Position numbers and translations under genes: made by a program. From contig OX597834.1 in assembly GCA_951406725.2 (NCBI GenBank), positions 45,880,001 through 45,944,000 of the forward strand: a DNA stretch of 64,000 nt, written 5' to 3'. The notes below the pieces were generated by a model, which did no database searches, was not told where the DNA came from, and saw nothing but the letters and a program-made list of their open reading frames with translations. Shown here piece by piece: positions 1 through 12,345 of the stretch; position 1 is the stretch's first letter; each line of letters begins with the position of its first letter. This DNA comes from Octopus vulgaris. Taxonomy: Eukaryota.

Positions 1-420
1 ACTGGGGTAAAATATACGAAGCCCAGTATACCCATCATGACTACCCGTCTGATAAGGGTACACCAGGCACATGCATCACAACCAGATGTACGCAACATGG
101 TGATCTTATATCAAGATAAACAGCACATGACCTTGCAGGTGGTGCCCAGTTAGAATTTTCTTCTGGTCGAGTTACCCATCCCGTTCCAAAGGTCCCTGAA
201 TGAGGGTTGTTTAAGGGTGTTGAACGAAACACCCATGTTTCTAGAGGTGAATTATTCAAACCCCAAAGAATCCCTCTCAACATATGGCTATGATGTTCTG
301 CTCATGATCAGAGATGCACATATCGTCAGCCACTAAGGAACATGCTCAACTGGTTAAGGTCAAACAAATGACAGGCAAATCTGTGATATTGAGCAGAATA
401 TTTGCTGTAGACCATCGCTT
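1..420. repeat. Fragment of an interspersed repeat of the kind common in Octopus genomes (truncated by window start)
   Basis: GC-richer non-coding block recognised from memory as a recurrent octopus repeat; no second copy in the window and not database-checked. Confidence 0.45.
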
Positions 421-846
421 ATACTAAAACAAAACATGTACACGGTAATACCAGTCATTGCCTGGTACTACAGAATCTCCACAACCCCAAACATGATGAA
501 CGGAAAACTGAACCACAAAAACACAAAAACTGTATCAGCTGACCAAGCAGATAGATACAATAATACGTAAAGATATGCATAAAAATCTGCTGACATATTA
601 GAAAAAACTGAAGATTAGGTCTACATTGTTAGAGGCGCCATATCTGCCATGTCCTGTTCAATGTGTGGATAGAAGAAAGTGCTTCGTTCGTTAGTAAAGG
701 GAAATAAACAAACAGGTCTTGATCAACTCGTTTAGAAAGGACACGTAATCCCAACTACAAGACAGAAAAAGAAATTTATTACTCATTTTTAGCAACGGCC
801 TGACGCCATTTCTAGCGGACGAGTGCAGGCATACCCACACACACAC

Positions 847-872
847 CTATATATGCATGTGTGTGTGTATAC

Positions 873-904
<32 letters not shown>

Positions 905-1047
905 GAGTGTGTGTGTGTGTGTGTGTGTATACGTACACACACACATATATATATATATATATAGTTATTTATATATATATATATATATATATGTATATTT
1001 ATATTTATATATATATATGTACAAATGTTTATATATATATGTATATA

Positions 1048-1094
<47 letters not shown>

Positions 1095-1095
1095 G
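847..1095. repeat. Compound (TA)n/(TG)n microsatellite
   Basis: Directly visible; source of the YIYI-type ORFs. Confidence 0.95.
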
Positions 1096-1409
1096 CACGC
1101 ACCCACACACATTGCAATAGTTGGTAATTGATTAGTTGGTTGGTTGCAAAAGAAACCAGATGGCGACATGATTAGGTCTATCTAAGTTTGAATGACTAAT
1201 GAGAAGGATCTATTTTGAATCGTATACGTTCCTAACTAGAGGCTGGCAGAGTAAGTTTGGATGGATGAGAAACAGGGAACTAGAGAGAGGGTAAGAGACA
1301 GAGACAGAGAGAGGGAGAGAAAGAGAGGGAGAGATGGAGAAATAGGGGTGGAAAGAGGAAGTTGTACCATGTGTTGGTTTTCGTTACTGTTGGTGACTGT
1401 GTAGACGGC

Positions 1410-1680
1410 ATTTGTGATGGTGATGCTGCTACCGCTGCTGCTGCTGCTGCTAATGATGATGATGAAGGTGGTGATGGTGGTGATGATGATGATGATGATG
1501 ATGATGAGGAGGAGGATGGTGGAGGTGATGGTTGTGATTGTATCGGTGGTGGTGGTTATGGTATTCGTCGTCGCCGTCGTCGTAGAGGGATATGTGGTGA
1601 TGGCGGTGGTGGAGGTGATGATGGTGGTGGTGGTGGTGTTTGTGCTGGTGGTGGTGGTGGTGATTGTAATGGTTGTGGGT
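1410..1680. repeat. Compound trinucleotide repeat (GCT/GAT/GGT)n
   Basis: Directly visible; gives poly-D/G, poly-M/V, poly-H and poly-T ORFs in several frames. Confidence 0.9.
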
Positions 1681-3436
1681 GAAACAACTGTATACAGAGA
1701 CTTCAAAAGTGCGGGATTTAATGCGACAAGATGTCGTCAATTTTAGAATAAAATGTAATAAAGCAAAGCAGTAAAAGCAGGAGATTAACAACAACAACAA
1801 CAGCAACAACAATGACGACAACATCAAACAAAGGAATATAATTAGTGCTGAATGGGAAATGAAATCTATGCGACTCGGATGTTATAGTATGATGTTGATA
1901 AAGGTTGGAACTCATTTTCTCTGTGACGTGTATAATTACAGCATGGCTTCGGGTAATGTTTGTGGAAACAGCAGGATTGTTGGTGTATTGGTTTAGCCAG
2001 AAAGTGGCTCTATGTGGGTGCTGGAGTCTTAGTGTGACATCGACATATATATCAGATTTTGAAGTGTCTCGGATAAAGAGGAATATTAGAGGAATGAAGT
2101 GGAAAGTGCGTTTTGGAGTTGGATCAAAACGTGAAATTGGATGAAAACGTGGAGCGGTGATATGGAAGACGGGAAAACGGGAAAAGTGCTGGTACCGGAG
2201 TGAAGGGAGAGAAAGAAAGAGAGAGAGAATTGGGATGACAAGGGCGCGTGATGAGTGATGAAGTAAGACTGTTTACGGAGCTGGAGTGATGTAAAGTGCG
2301 GTGATTAACGTTGTTAACGGAATGAGATGTATAGTGATGGATTGTGGGCGAAGAATGGTGATTAATGCTGGTGTCGTGGTGTCGTGGACTTAGTGTCAGT
2401 AACAGAGTGAAAAGACAAAGGAAGGGGTAGAAGATTAACGAGCTGACGTGAGAACATACTAGGGGCAATTTACAGGGCGAGGGAGCTGGAAAGTGGCTCT
2501 TGGGGCTGCTGAGGGAACAAGAATATGAGTAAGAGAAATAACTGGTAAACACCAGCTTGGGCTGGAATTTGAAGGATTGTATGGGTGAGTATATTTAGAG
2601 ACGAAAAGATATAAAGGCTTATCAACTGCATTTATTTTTGTTGGGGTGCAATGCTGAGGAGCAGTTTCATGGTCACCGTGTCTACTAAAATGGACTGAAG
2701 ACCTTTTCCTAAATTCGACGTTTTCCTCAAACCATTCTGAAATTGTACAACAGAACGGACTTCACGAAAGTGATCAAAGTGTCATGGAGTGGAATAAAAC
2801 TGGATCACCGATTAAATCTAGTACCCAGGTTTAGTTGTGATCACTGCACAAGACATGCTAGTAGATTTACTACTAGATGTTGACCCTGTAAACATTAATA
2901 TTGACTGCAGATAATGATATTGACCCTTTAGATATTGACGTTGACCTTGTATACACTGAATCGGTCTGTATTCTGATTTTCGATATTCATGACATAAATA
3001 TTGAATATTTATTGGTAGCGGTGGTGGAGGCTATTGTGGTGAGATTGTTGTTGGAAGTGGTGGTGGTGGTGGTGGTGGTTGTAGAAATGGATGTCCGTCA
3101 TTGAACGAAGTTGATCCGATCAAGTTCGATCAAGCAAATTGCCTGCTCCGGGATTACCGTATAAATAAATGAGTATTCTGCGGGCACATATACACTTCTG
3201 AGTTAGAAACAATGTGACAAGGTATGTCACAAGAGTGCCGCCACTTTTTTTATCATTACAGGTACAATCCACCTGGCGAATGTCAGTCTTCGTACTTTGA
3301 CTCACAAGTTAAGGCTAAACTCGAATATATAGAATAACAATATTTTCTTAAGAGATTACTTACCGGAAATAAACACGGCAACTCGGAGGTTACGGTTGTG
3401 AGACTTTTGTCATGCTGTCGTTTGTGTGATAGCCAT

Positions 3437-3874
<438 letters not shown>

Positions 3875-4256
3875 AAATATTAGGGAATAAATCCAAATTT
3901 ACAGGGAAAATCAGATTTAGGATTGAATCCAATTTTATAGTAAAATATTATATAATATTAATTAGAGACAAAACCACTATTTTGCAAATCAAACAAAGAA
4001 AGACTTAATCCAATACATAAACAAATTTTAATATAAATTAAATAAAATTATATTCGCCACTACAATTGTTTCATGTCTCTTCTCAGGACATTCATCAGGT
4101 GGATTTCAGATCTTCTATTCTATTTAAAGTTATGAGAAGAGACATGAAACAATTGTAGTGGCGAATATAATTTTATTTAATTTATATTAAAATTTGTTTA
4201 TGTATTGGATTAAGTCTTTCTTTGTTTGATTTGCAAAATAGTGGTTTTGTCTCTAA

Positions 4257-4269
<13 letters not shown>
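3875..4269 (-). mobile_element. Penelope-like element terminal fragment with a 137-bp inverted duplication
   Basis: Arms 3949-4085 and 4133-4269 are reverse complements around a 47-bp spacer and contain a hammerhead motif. Inverted partial pseudo-LTRs with hammerheads are typical of Penelope-like elements. Flanked by TA repeats. Confidence 0.7.
4057..4102 (-). ncRNA. Minimal type I hammerhead ribozyme
   Basis: Minus strand reads CCAC-CTGATGA-ATGTC-ctgagaaga-GACAT-GAAAC-AATT-GTA-GTGG: stem I CCAC/GTGG, intact core, 5-bp stem II, short stem III with palindromic AATT loop, GUA cleavage triplet. Confidence 0.85.
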
Positions 4270-4302
<33 letters not shown>

Positions 4303-4391
4303 CAACAATTCTTTCAATTAAATGTTCGCCCTGTATTCTATGAATTTAAATATTCCTTATAATCTTCATGTTGAATCCATACACCTACAGT

Positions 4392-4462
<71 letters not shown>

Positions 4463-5345
4463 GATCTGTTGAAAGTTCAATCTGTTGAAGTCCTTTCTGA
4501 TTTGAAACATTTTTGTGGTGAATCTACTGCAATACACGGGAGCGGGCGCCACACAGTTTCACCTTCACGTGATTCATTGAGATGTCGAACCCCGATTATT
4601 CACTGAGAGAACACGAAATAAATAAAGCTAATCTTAACTCCATATTTTAATCCTTATATATTTTTACAGATTAATGTTTAATTTGAAAAACGTTTAATGT
4701 TTTAAGCGATTAAACATTGTTAGTTGGGTGTGCTTAATGGAGTCTTGCCATGATTGGGGTGGATACCCGTATTAATGTTACCTTCACCCTCTCCTTCCTA
4801 TTGTGTTTATAAGCAAAGAGTGAAAGAAATAAATGAAAGGGAAGAATAGGACAACGAGAATGAGTTAGTGACTGAGAGAGCGGGGGAGAGAAAGGGGGAA
4901 ATATTTTTTTCTTAAATTGATAGTAGTAAGACGTTGAGAGAGAAAGAGTGGGGAGGCCTTGGAAATTTACTGTGACTAAAGGATAGGAAATCTATGGGAA
5001 CACGTCTGTGCTACGAAAAGTAATAAATCAGCTGTTTTGCTACATCGTAGTTAAACAATCCTTGTTTCGAGCTGAAGGTAAAATTGTGCGTGGTTTCGCA
5101 TCCTCACTTTTGGCTTTGGTTGGGAGATTCAATAATGGCTTCGTTTAAATGATTGAATGCGGTCCAAATTTTGCTAGCGAGCAAGTAGTTCCCTGAATCT
5201 GGCAAGAAACTGCTTTCCATTTGCGTACGATAAATAAGGAGAGGTCACTCCTTGCTAGGTTTTAAGCTCAACTAAATTATATCTACTTAGGATTGAATGC
5301 CTTAGAGATGGTAGATGAGGTCATCAAAACTTTAGTACGGTATTA

Positions 5346-5788
5346 TCCATACAATTTAAAAATAAGGTCATTAAAATCAAAATAAGCAACAAGGATATCC
5401 AGAGGTAATACAGTACGATCGTTTCATGCAACTCCATTTAACTGAACAATGCAATCATTACATCAATTTAAAAGGTAGAGTAATCTTCAGCTGCACAAAA
5501 ACATAGAATTTAATATACGACTATGCTGTTGCAGGTACAACATGTTTTTTGTCTATCGCCTTAACTTCTTGGAGATTTTAGGTATAATTATACTAATGTG
5601 TCCATCTGTTCTCATTTAATTAAATTCTATGTCTTTGTGCAGCTGACGATTGCTCTGCATTTTAAATGGATGTAAAGATTGCATTGTTCAATTAAATGGA
5701 GTTGCATGAAAATATCGTACGGCATTACCTCTGGATATCCTTGTTGCTTATTTTGATTTTAATCACCTTATTTTGAAATTGTATAGGA
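5346..5788. mobile_element. Second, older Penelope-like inverted terminal repeat pair
   Basis: Imperfect inverted arms about 5346-5514 and 5619-5788 with a ~104-bp spacer; each arm has a hammerhead-like core. Confidence 0.6.
5410..5494 (-). ncRNA. Hammerhead ribozyme-like motif with long, degenerate stem II
   Basis: Minus strand GCAG-CTGAAGA-(~58 nt)-GAAAC-GATC-GTA-CTGT with palindromic GATC loop III. A mutated copy lies on + at 5639-5723 (CTGACGA...GAAAATATCGTA). Confidence 0.55.
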
Positions 5789-6122
5789 TTGAATACAAAT
5801 ATGTAAAAGTATGTAAAAAATAAATTGTAGAACTTGGGTTAGATCTAAAAAGCTGGAGCAGTCTATTTATTTCGTGATATAAACCGAATAGCTCCATCTA
5901 TAACGTTAGACTTCGTTGTTACTGTTGCTACTCCTGTTATAGCTTCTTCTGTTTAGACCCACTTCTTCCGAAGACCCATTTCAGCCCTTACCAAATAAAC
6001 TTACGACCGTACGTGTTGCGGCCATGCCGGACTGAACATTTCTTTCAACATTTTACTTTGCCTAGGCGGAATTTCATATGTAGAAAACTCCTTGTTTAAT
6101 TGAACTAAGCTGTTTTTTATCG

Positions 6123-6330
6123 TTTACCTGTTTTAGTCATTTGACAGCGGCCATCTTGTGGTGCCCCCTTGAAGGGTTTTGGTCGAACAAATCGACTCCA
6201 GGATACCTTTTAAAGCCTAGACTTATTCTATTCTCTGACGTCTAATTTCGGACGTAAATACATCAACATCGGTTGTCCAGTTGTCAAGCTGTGGTAAGGG
6301 ACAAGTACAGACACAACCACACACACACAC
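6123..6330 (-). mobile_element. SINE family B, degenerate 3' half
   Basis: Aligns by eye to 7486-7700 (gtcatttgac.gcggccat...aaatcgactcc...gcctag.acttattctat...catcggttgtc). Confidence 0.75.
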
Positions 6331-6769
6331 ATAGATATATTATTTTCTCTCTTTCTTCTGTCTTTTCTCTTTTGAAAGAAAATATTTCTCCTAGCGTTCA
6401 CCATTTTCCTCTCGTTCTGGTCCAACAGACCTCCATATTTGTTTTCGTTCGGTTTCCTTGTATGTCTCAACTCTCATGTATTTGTTCCTAACTTTGACCC
6501 TTCATAAATCCTAAATTTTATTTTAGAATTTATGAGAGCAATTATCTTTGTAGTCTCATATTGTCGTTGAAAGCTCGAAATGAGCTGATAGACAGCTGAC
6601 ACCTAATGAAGGGTCCTATCTCCGTGTTTACTTGAACTGTTTTCCATTTTCTTCTCCTTATTTAAGTATTTAATGCGTTTGTTTACGTATTTCATACTAC
6701 TTGCACCGTTGGTGACGTCCTGTACCCAAATATACATGTATATATATATTATATATTACTTATCATTTC

Positions 6770-6948
6770 TACCCCCAACATCGCTTGAAAACCGATGCTG
6801 GTGTTTACGTTTCCGTAACCTAGCAGTTCGGCAAAAGAGACCGATAGAATAAGTACTAGGCTTACAAAGAATAAGACCTGGGATTGATTTGCTCGACTGA
6901 ATGTGGTGCTCCAGCATGGGACTGTCAAATGACTGAAACAAGTAAAAA
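6770..6948 (+). mobile_element. SINE family B, 3' half
   Basis: Reverse complement of 7485-7665 (accgatgctggtgtttacg...gttcggcaaaagagaccgatagaataagtactaggcttacaaagaat...tgactgaaacaagtaaaa). Confidence 0.85.
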
Positions 6949-7467
6949 ATATATATATAATACTCGTTGTTAATCTTTTATTTATTTATTTTTGTTTAGT
7001 TTTCAGACGTTATTGAATGCTTCATTATATTCCCGATCGTTCGTTTTTAAACTGTTTATAACATCTGAGCAGCTCATCAAGGCTACTAATTGAGGGGACA
7101 ATGGTAGAATAACAATTTCATCTTTGTTCAGACGACTTAATTGCAATTTAGCGCTTTCATAGACCGCCATATAATTATTCAGTAAAACGAAATGAAACTT
7201 CCTAATAGGGAACCATTATTTGTATATATCTTCATTAAAGAGGTAAAGCAAGCGAGTTCGTTATATATTCAAATTTAGCAGCACGTGACTTGACTTCGTG
7301 TCACCTGAATATGTATATTCATTGGTCGCTTTTCATCGGTTGCTTAAGCTTCATCTTTGATGTCAAATTCGAAACATTTTCCTCATTTATCTTACTTTTT
7401 CTTGCTGTTGTTGCTGTTCTTTTTTTTTCGACACTTTTGATGTGGGTTTTTTATGCTTTTGTTGTTG

Positions 7468-7677
7468 TTTACTCTTTTACACTTTTACTTGTTTCAGTCA
7501 TTTGGCTGCGGCAATAGTGGAGCACTGCCTTTAGTCGAGCAAATCGACTCCCAGAACTCATTCTTTGTAAGCCTAGTACTTATTCTATCGGTCTCTTTTT
7601 GCCGAACCGCTAAGTTACGGGGACGTAAACACACCAGCATCGGTTGTCAAGTGATGTTGAGGGGACAAACACAGACA

Positions 7678-7737
<60 letters not shown>

Positions 7738-7909
7738 CATATATACGATGGGTTTCTTTCTGTTTCCGTCTACCAAATCCACTCAAAAGGCATTGGTCGG
7801 CTCGAGGCTATAGTAGAAGACACTTGACCAAGGTGCCACGCAGTGGGACTGAACTCGGAACCATGTGGTTGGTAAGCAAGCTACTTACCTTACAGACACT
7901 CTCTGCGCC
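7468..7909 (-). mobile_element. Full-length tRNA-derived SINE family B with internal (TG)n/(TA)n microsatellite
   Basis: Minus strand starts GGCGCAG..., has a B-box-like GGTTCCGAGTTCAGTCCC and a CORE-like GGCACCTTGGTCAAGTGTCTTC, and ends in a short tandem tail. Several partial copies occur in the window. Confidence 0.85.
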
Positions 7910-7955
7910 TAATGTTTTTTTTTTAATATCTTCCTTTCTTTTCTTGTTTCATACA

Positions 7956-8150
7956 TTAGACTGCGTCCAAGACGAGGCACAGCCTGGAAGGGTTTGGTTG
8001 AACGAATCGACAGCAGTATTTATGGGACTTTATGCTGCTTTTTTTGTCATGCCTGGTATTTAGTCGATCTGTTGTTTTCCCGAACTGATAGGTTACTGGG
8101 ACATAGGCACACCAACACCAGTTGTCAAGAAAGGTAGGGGACAAACTCTA
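7956..8150 (-). mobile_element. SINE family B, degenerate 3' half
   Basis: Diverged similarity to 7495-7670. Confidence 0.6.
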
Positions 8151-8645
8151 GCGCAAAGCTTCACACATGACCGCAGTACACACACACGCATACATTGGCT
8201 GCGTAGTAAGAAGTTCGCTTCTCAAAAACAATGGATCCTGGTGAGTCCAGCTAAATGTCATTTCATTCAGTTTTCTCTAAATTCAGTGTTCAGTCCCTAA
8301 ACGTCTACAGCGTGCAAAAATACTTATGAGGCAGATTATCACAGATTTCTTTTTGTTCATTTATCTACTTTTCCGCAACGGTATACTCAAACGCGTCTCT
8401 TCTGATATTTCTTTTATTAGGACGGTATGATGTAATATGAAGCGTTGGTGCTGTTTTTTTCCCCCATCAGATCAGTTTTCCACTCAAAATCTTACAGGTG
8501 TTATTTAGAAATAAATAAATAATTATCACGCTAGACTATCTCATGACATGATAATTTAGCAAAGTAATTACAGCTCTATTTATAAAAGGGTTTACCGAAC
8601 AAATATTATCTTCCGCCAAGCCTTGGATAATTTAATGTTCTGATA

Positions 8646-9866
8646 TTAGGTCATCACGAATGAAATTTGTCGTAAGGTATACAGTAAACTTTGACAGCTG
8701 CTCATTTTGCGCCATTATTATATTTTGACAATCTATATTTTTTGTTAGAAAGTTGACGCATCTATTTCTTTATTCTAACTCATTTTTGCGCTTTTTAAAT
8801 CGTTTTGTTGGTATTTTGGTTTAGAGATGGAGTAGTTAAAAATTCGTACAGTTTTGAAATATGAGCATCACAGACAGCTCGAAATGTTAATGGAGTATTT
8901 CATTCTAATGTTATTACACAGCAGACAGTATCAAATTGGTTTGCAAAATTTCGTTCTGGTAACTTTCACCTCACAAATTAGCAACGCGGTCGACCAGAAA
9001 CAAAGGTGAATAATTACGAAGTGAAAGCGAGTCAGATCCATCTCAAAGTGACCATGAATTATCGCAGTTGTTCGGTGTTAGCAAGCAAGCAATATTGACT
9101 CACTGAGTTCAAATCGGTAAAGTGAAAAATTTGGATAGGTGGGTTCCACATGAACTCAATGAAAATCAGAAACAGCAACGTTTAGAAGCCTGCATTATAC
9201 GACGTTCTCGTCACAAAAATGAATCATTTTAAAATCTAATTGTAACATATGATGAGAAATGGATCAAATACAACCGCAAACGTTCAGCACGATGATTGGA
9301 CAAAGAGAAGCCAGCAAAACAGTCCAAAAAGAAGCTGAGGGTGTGTGTTTGGTGGTCTGGTACTCGTGTGATCCACTATGATTTCATTAAACCTGGCTCA
9401 TCAATCACAGCCGAAGTATACTGCGGCCAAACGATGCAGTAACTTACAAAAACAAAACAACCTAGATAAGTCCACAGATCAACTGCTATTTTATTGCTAG
9501 ACAACGCCAGACCACATGTGGCAAAATGACATTGGCGAAACTACAGGATTTGGCGTTGGAAGTTCTCCATCATCCACCGTACACACCTGACCTTGCCGCA
9601 ACAGACTGCCTCTTCTTCCAGAATTTGGTTAACTTTTTGATAGAAAAAAAATTAATTCCGACAATGCTGTAAAACAGGCCTTCCAAAGTTTTATTGACTG
9701 TAGATTGCCGAGCTTTTGCAGTTCCGGTCTGGACAAGCTACCGCTGAAATGGCAAAAGAGTATTGGCAATATGGGTGCGTACTTTGATGAATAAAACTGT
9801 TCCTTGTATTTATAAAACATTAGCAAACTAATTTCATTTCTTCAAATTTCATACTTGACGACCTAA
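8646..9866 (+). mobile_element. Full-length mariner (Tc1/mariner) DNA transposon, inactive
   Basis: TIRs TTAGGTCATCACGAATGAAATTTG (8646) and reverse-complement TTAGGTCGTCAAGTATGAAATTTG (ending 9866); TA target duplications at 8644-45 and 9867-68; 1221 bp. Confidence 0.92.
8827..9794 (+). pseudogene. Mariner transposase pseudogene
   Basis: Motifs WVPHEL, VTYDEKW, VCVWW, LLDNARPH, HPPYTPDLAATD and terminal GAYFDE*; in-frame stops and frameshifts. Confidence 0.92.
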
Positions 9867-12111
9867 TATTTTCAATTTTCTTCCATCACAAATGGATTCC
9901 TTAATATTGGACTAGTTCTTATTTTATAGCTAAGCTATATCTCTATCCAACTTCTCTGCCCACAGGTCCGAGGATTGCTGTGTGAGTTGAATCCTCAGCC
10001 ACCTCCTCTGCTATGTCCTAAGCAACCGTGAATACGTTTTCTGAATGAATTCCCAAGTGAGGCCGACTGAGACTATGGATAATACCCACTCAACAAGGCA
10101 GTAGAATTAGTTTCCGTATTTTACAAGCGTCGTGACCATGAAATTCTAAATCGATGTCTAAAGATTCATGACTTATTTTTGGAAAAATAGAGCGGTGTGT
10201 TTTTTCCGCTCCCTTCTCTTGCTTAATTTTGTTTACTCTGATTAAAACATGTACACTGGAGTAAGTTTGTCTCAATCTTTATAGTCCAGAAAAAAATCTC
10301 GATATATTTTCAAGACTTTTCGTATATATTTCCATTACACGGTACATTTCTTTCGACTCCAGCTCAGGAATTCATGAGTTTGGGTGATGATGGATTTGCC
10401 TCATAATTAACTCATCTCCCCAAAACAGGTTCCGCACGTGACTGTGGTATTTGCTAATGTAACTGGGAACCAAATCCTAATTACGAGTCAAATCCAGGAG
10501 GCAGTTTACTTGCGAGGAAAACAAAAAGGATGCAGTGAATTGATTGCCTGGAGACATGAGTCTCACAAGTACACAGCGGCGTAGATATGCCCTAATGTCA
10601 CGTGAACTTATTCCGTTGTCCTACGCTTCATTGTTAAACGCAAAAGGGCCGGAGACTAGCAGACGGAACCGTAAATAAAACAGCAAAAGACAACTGGAAA
10701 GCACTTTTGTACCTTTCCCAAAAATAATTCATGAATCTTCAGACTTTTTCATGGAAGTTCATAATGACGTATGTTTTTAAAATGTGTGGCACCTGCAGAA
10801 AGAGAGGGAAGGAGAGAATGAGAGTGAGAGAGAGAGAGAGAGGTAGCGAGAGAGAGAGAGAGAGTAAGCAAGAGACAGAATCTTTCATGTTTCCCAGACG
10901 ATTCATTAATATATGTTGTAAGGCTTAGAAATTCAGAAATGTCCAAGAGTTAATGGGATGTTTTTGCAGTTTGTTTCTCATTAAAGACCAAGAATATTAT
11001 CAACATTCAGCATTCCGAAAATAAGATTAGTCAGAAATCGATCTCCGTTTCGCTGCCATCACTTACGTTTGTTGCATAACATAACTTTAAACTAAGAAAA
11101 CACATATAAAAGACATAGAGAATGAGTGATGCTAATCGATGCGGTTTGATATGTTCCAACAGAAAATGGCATAATAATTTTTTTCAAGATATTTCATCTG
11201 TGTTTATTTGACTTGCAAAACAGCCAAGACGACATATTTATCCGCCCATCAACAACAATCTTGTTCCCATGTCACGCTTTTGTTGCTTCTTTTCTTTCTT
11301 TTGTCTTTGTCTTTCTGCTGCTAGTTTAAGCAGCTGGTTTAATTCCTCATTAATCGATGGACGATGTTAATGCTTTGACATAGCATAAAAAAAAAACAAA
11401 AGAATTAATAAAGTCTAACCAACAAACTCTCAAAACCATAGAAAAACAAAACAACATTAACTATGGCTTAATTTCCATATTTGTTGAAGCCATCCTATTA
11501 TCCTCGTCGTTGTTATTGCAATTGTTGTTTCATTGAATCTCCAGTTGTTTTTGGCGGAACTTTAGTGACATTTCGTGAATAATGTCATCATATAACATCA
11601 GTGTCAACCGAATGAATCATTCAACCAAATATATAGTCTAGAAGAATCTGCTCGAAAATATCGTTTATACGCGACTTTAACCAATATGTGTTTGGGGCTT
11701 ATATCTTTGTAATGTCGATGTTTTCCTAAAGATTAGTCGGGGCAAATGCGCTGGAGAATTATGTCTGTCACGAACGTATTCTTGGTTTCTCCTGAGCAAC
11801 AACATTAAACTACATCCAAAGGTGGCTCTCAAACGTGGCTTGTTCTTTGGCGAGTACGAAGGAAAGACTTACTCCTAGATACGACACTACCTGTCAAGAA
11901 CCCTAGAGAAGTTTTGGTGTTTTGGGTGAATATATAGTTACCGTTTAGTCACAAATAGTTTTTCTGGTTTGCTTTTGCACGGAGAGATAATGCTTGGCAA
12001 TGACCCTATAAACTAGAGTCCAAGAGTTTCGTGGAGTATGAAGTCACTACCACTTCTCGATTTACCTTTAAACGGAGTGGGAGTACGTGGCAAGATGGCA
12101 AGTTGTAGAAT

Positions 12112-12345
12112 GGCGGCGAGCTGGCAGAAACGTTAGCACGCCGGGCGAAATGCTTATCGGTATTTCGTCTGCCGCTACGTTCTGAGTTCAAATTCCGCTG
12201 AGGTCGACTTTGCTTTTCATCATTTCGGGGTCGATAAATTAAATTTCAGTTACGCACTGGAGTCGATGTAATCAACTTAATCCTTTTGTCTGTCCTTGTT
12301 TGTCTCCTCTGTGTTTAGCCCCTTGTGGGCAATAAAGAAATAATA
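12112..12345 (+). mobile_element. tRNA-derived SINE family A, full length
   Basis: GGCGGCGAGCTGGCAGAAACGTTAG head, GAGTTCAAATTCC B-box, A-rich tail; closely similar copy at 62523. Confidence 0.9.

Noticed and set aside
1236-1827. Poly-His, poly-Thr and poly-Gly/Asp ORFs
   Set aside because: Overlapping frames of one trinucleotide repeat; no evidence favouring any frame
2124-3104. Unique-looking sequence with ORFs of 142 and 67 aa and a GTGAGT donor at 2585
   Set aside because: No recognisable motif, stops in all extended frames, no partner exon found
4980-5290. Possible LINE RT C-terminus on the minus strand (LDRIQ...)
   Set aside because: Only a 5-residue resemblance; frame not sustained
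6560-6730. Hammerhead-like CAC-CTAATGA-AGGGT...ACCC-AAAT
   Set aside because: Both core boxes are mutated and there is no closing stem I
9960-10070. HDV-like ribozyme hint (GAGGATT/AATCCTC hairpin, CACCTCCTCTG)
   Set aside because: Could not build the P1, P1.1 and P2 nested pseudoknot
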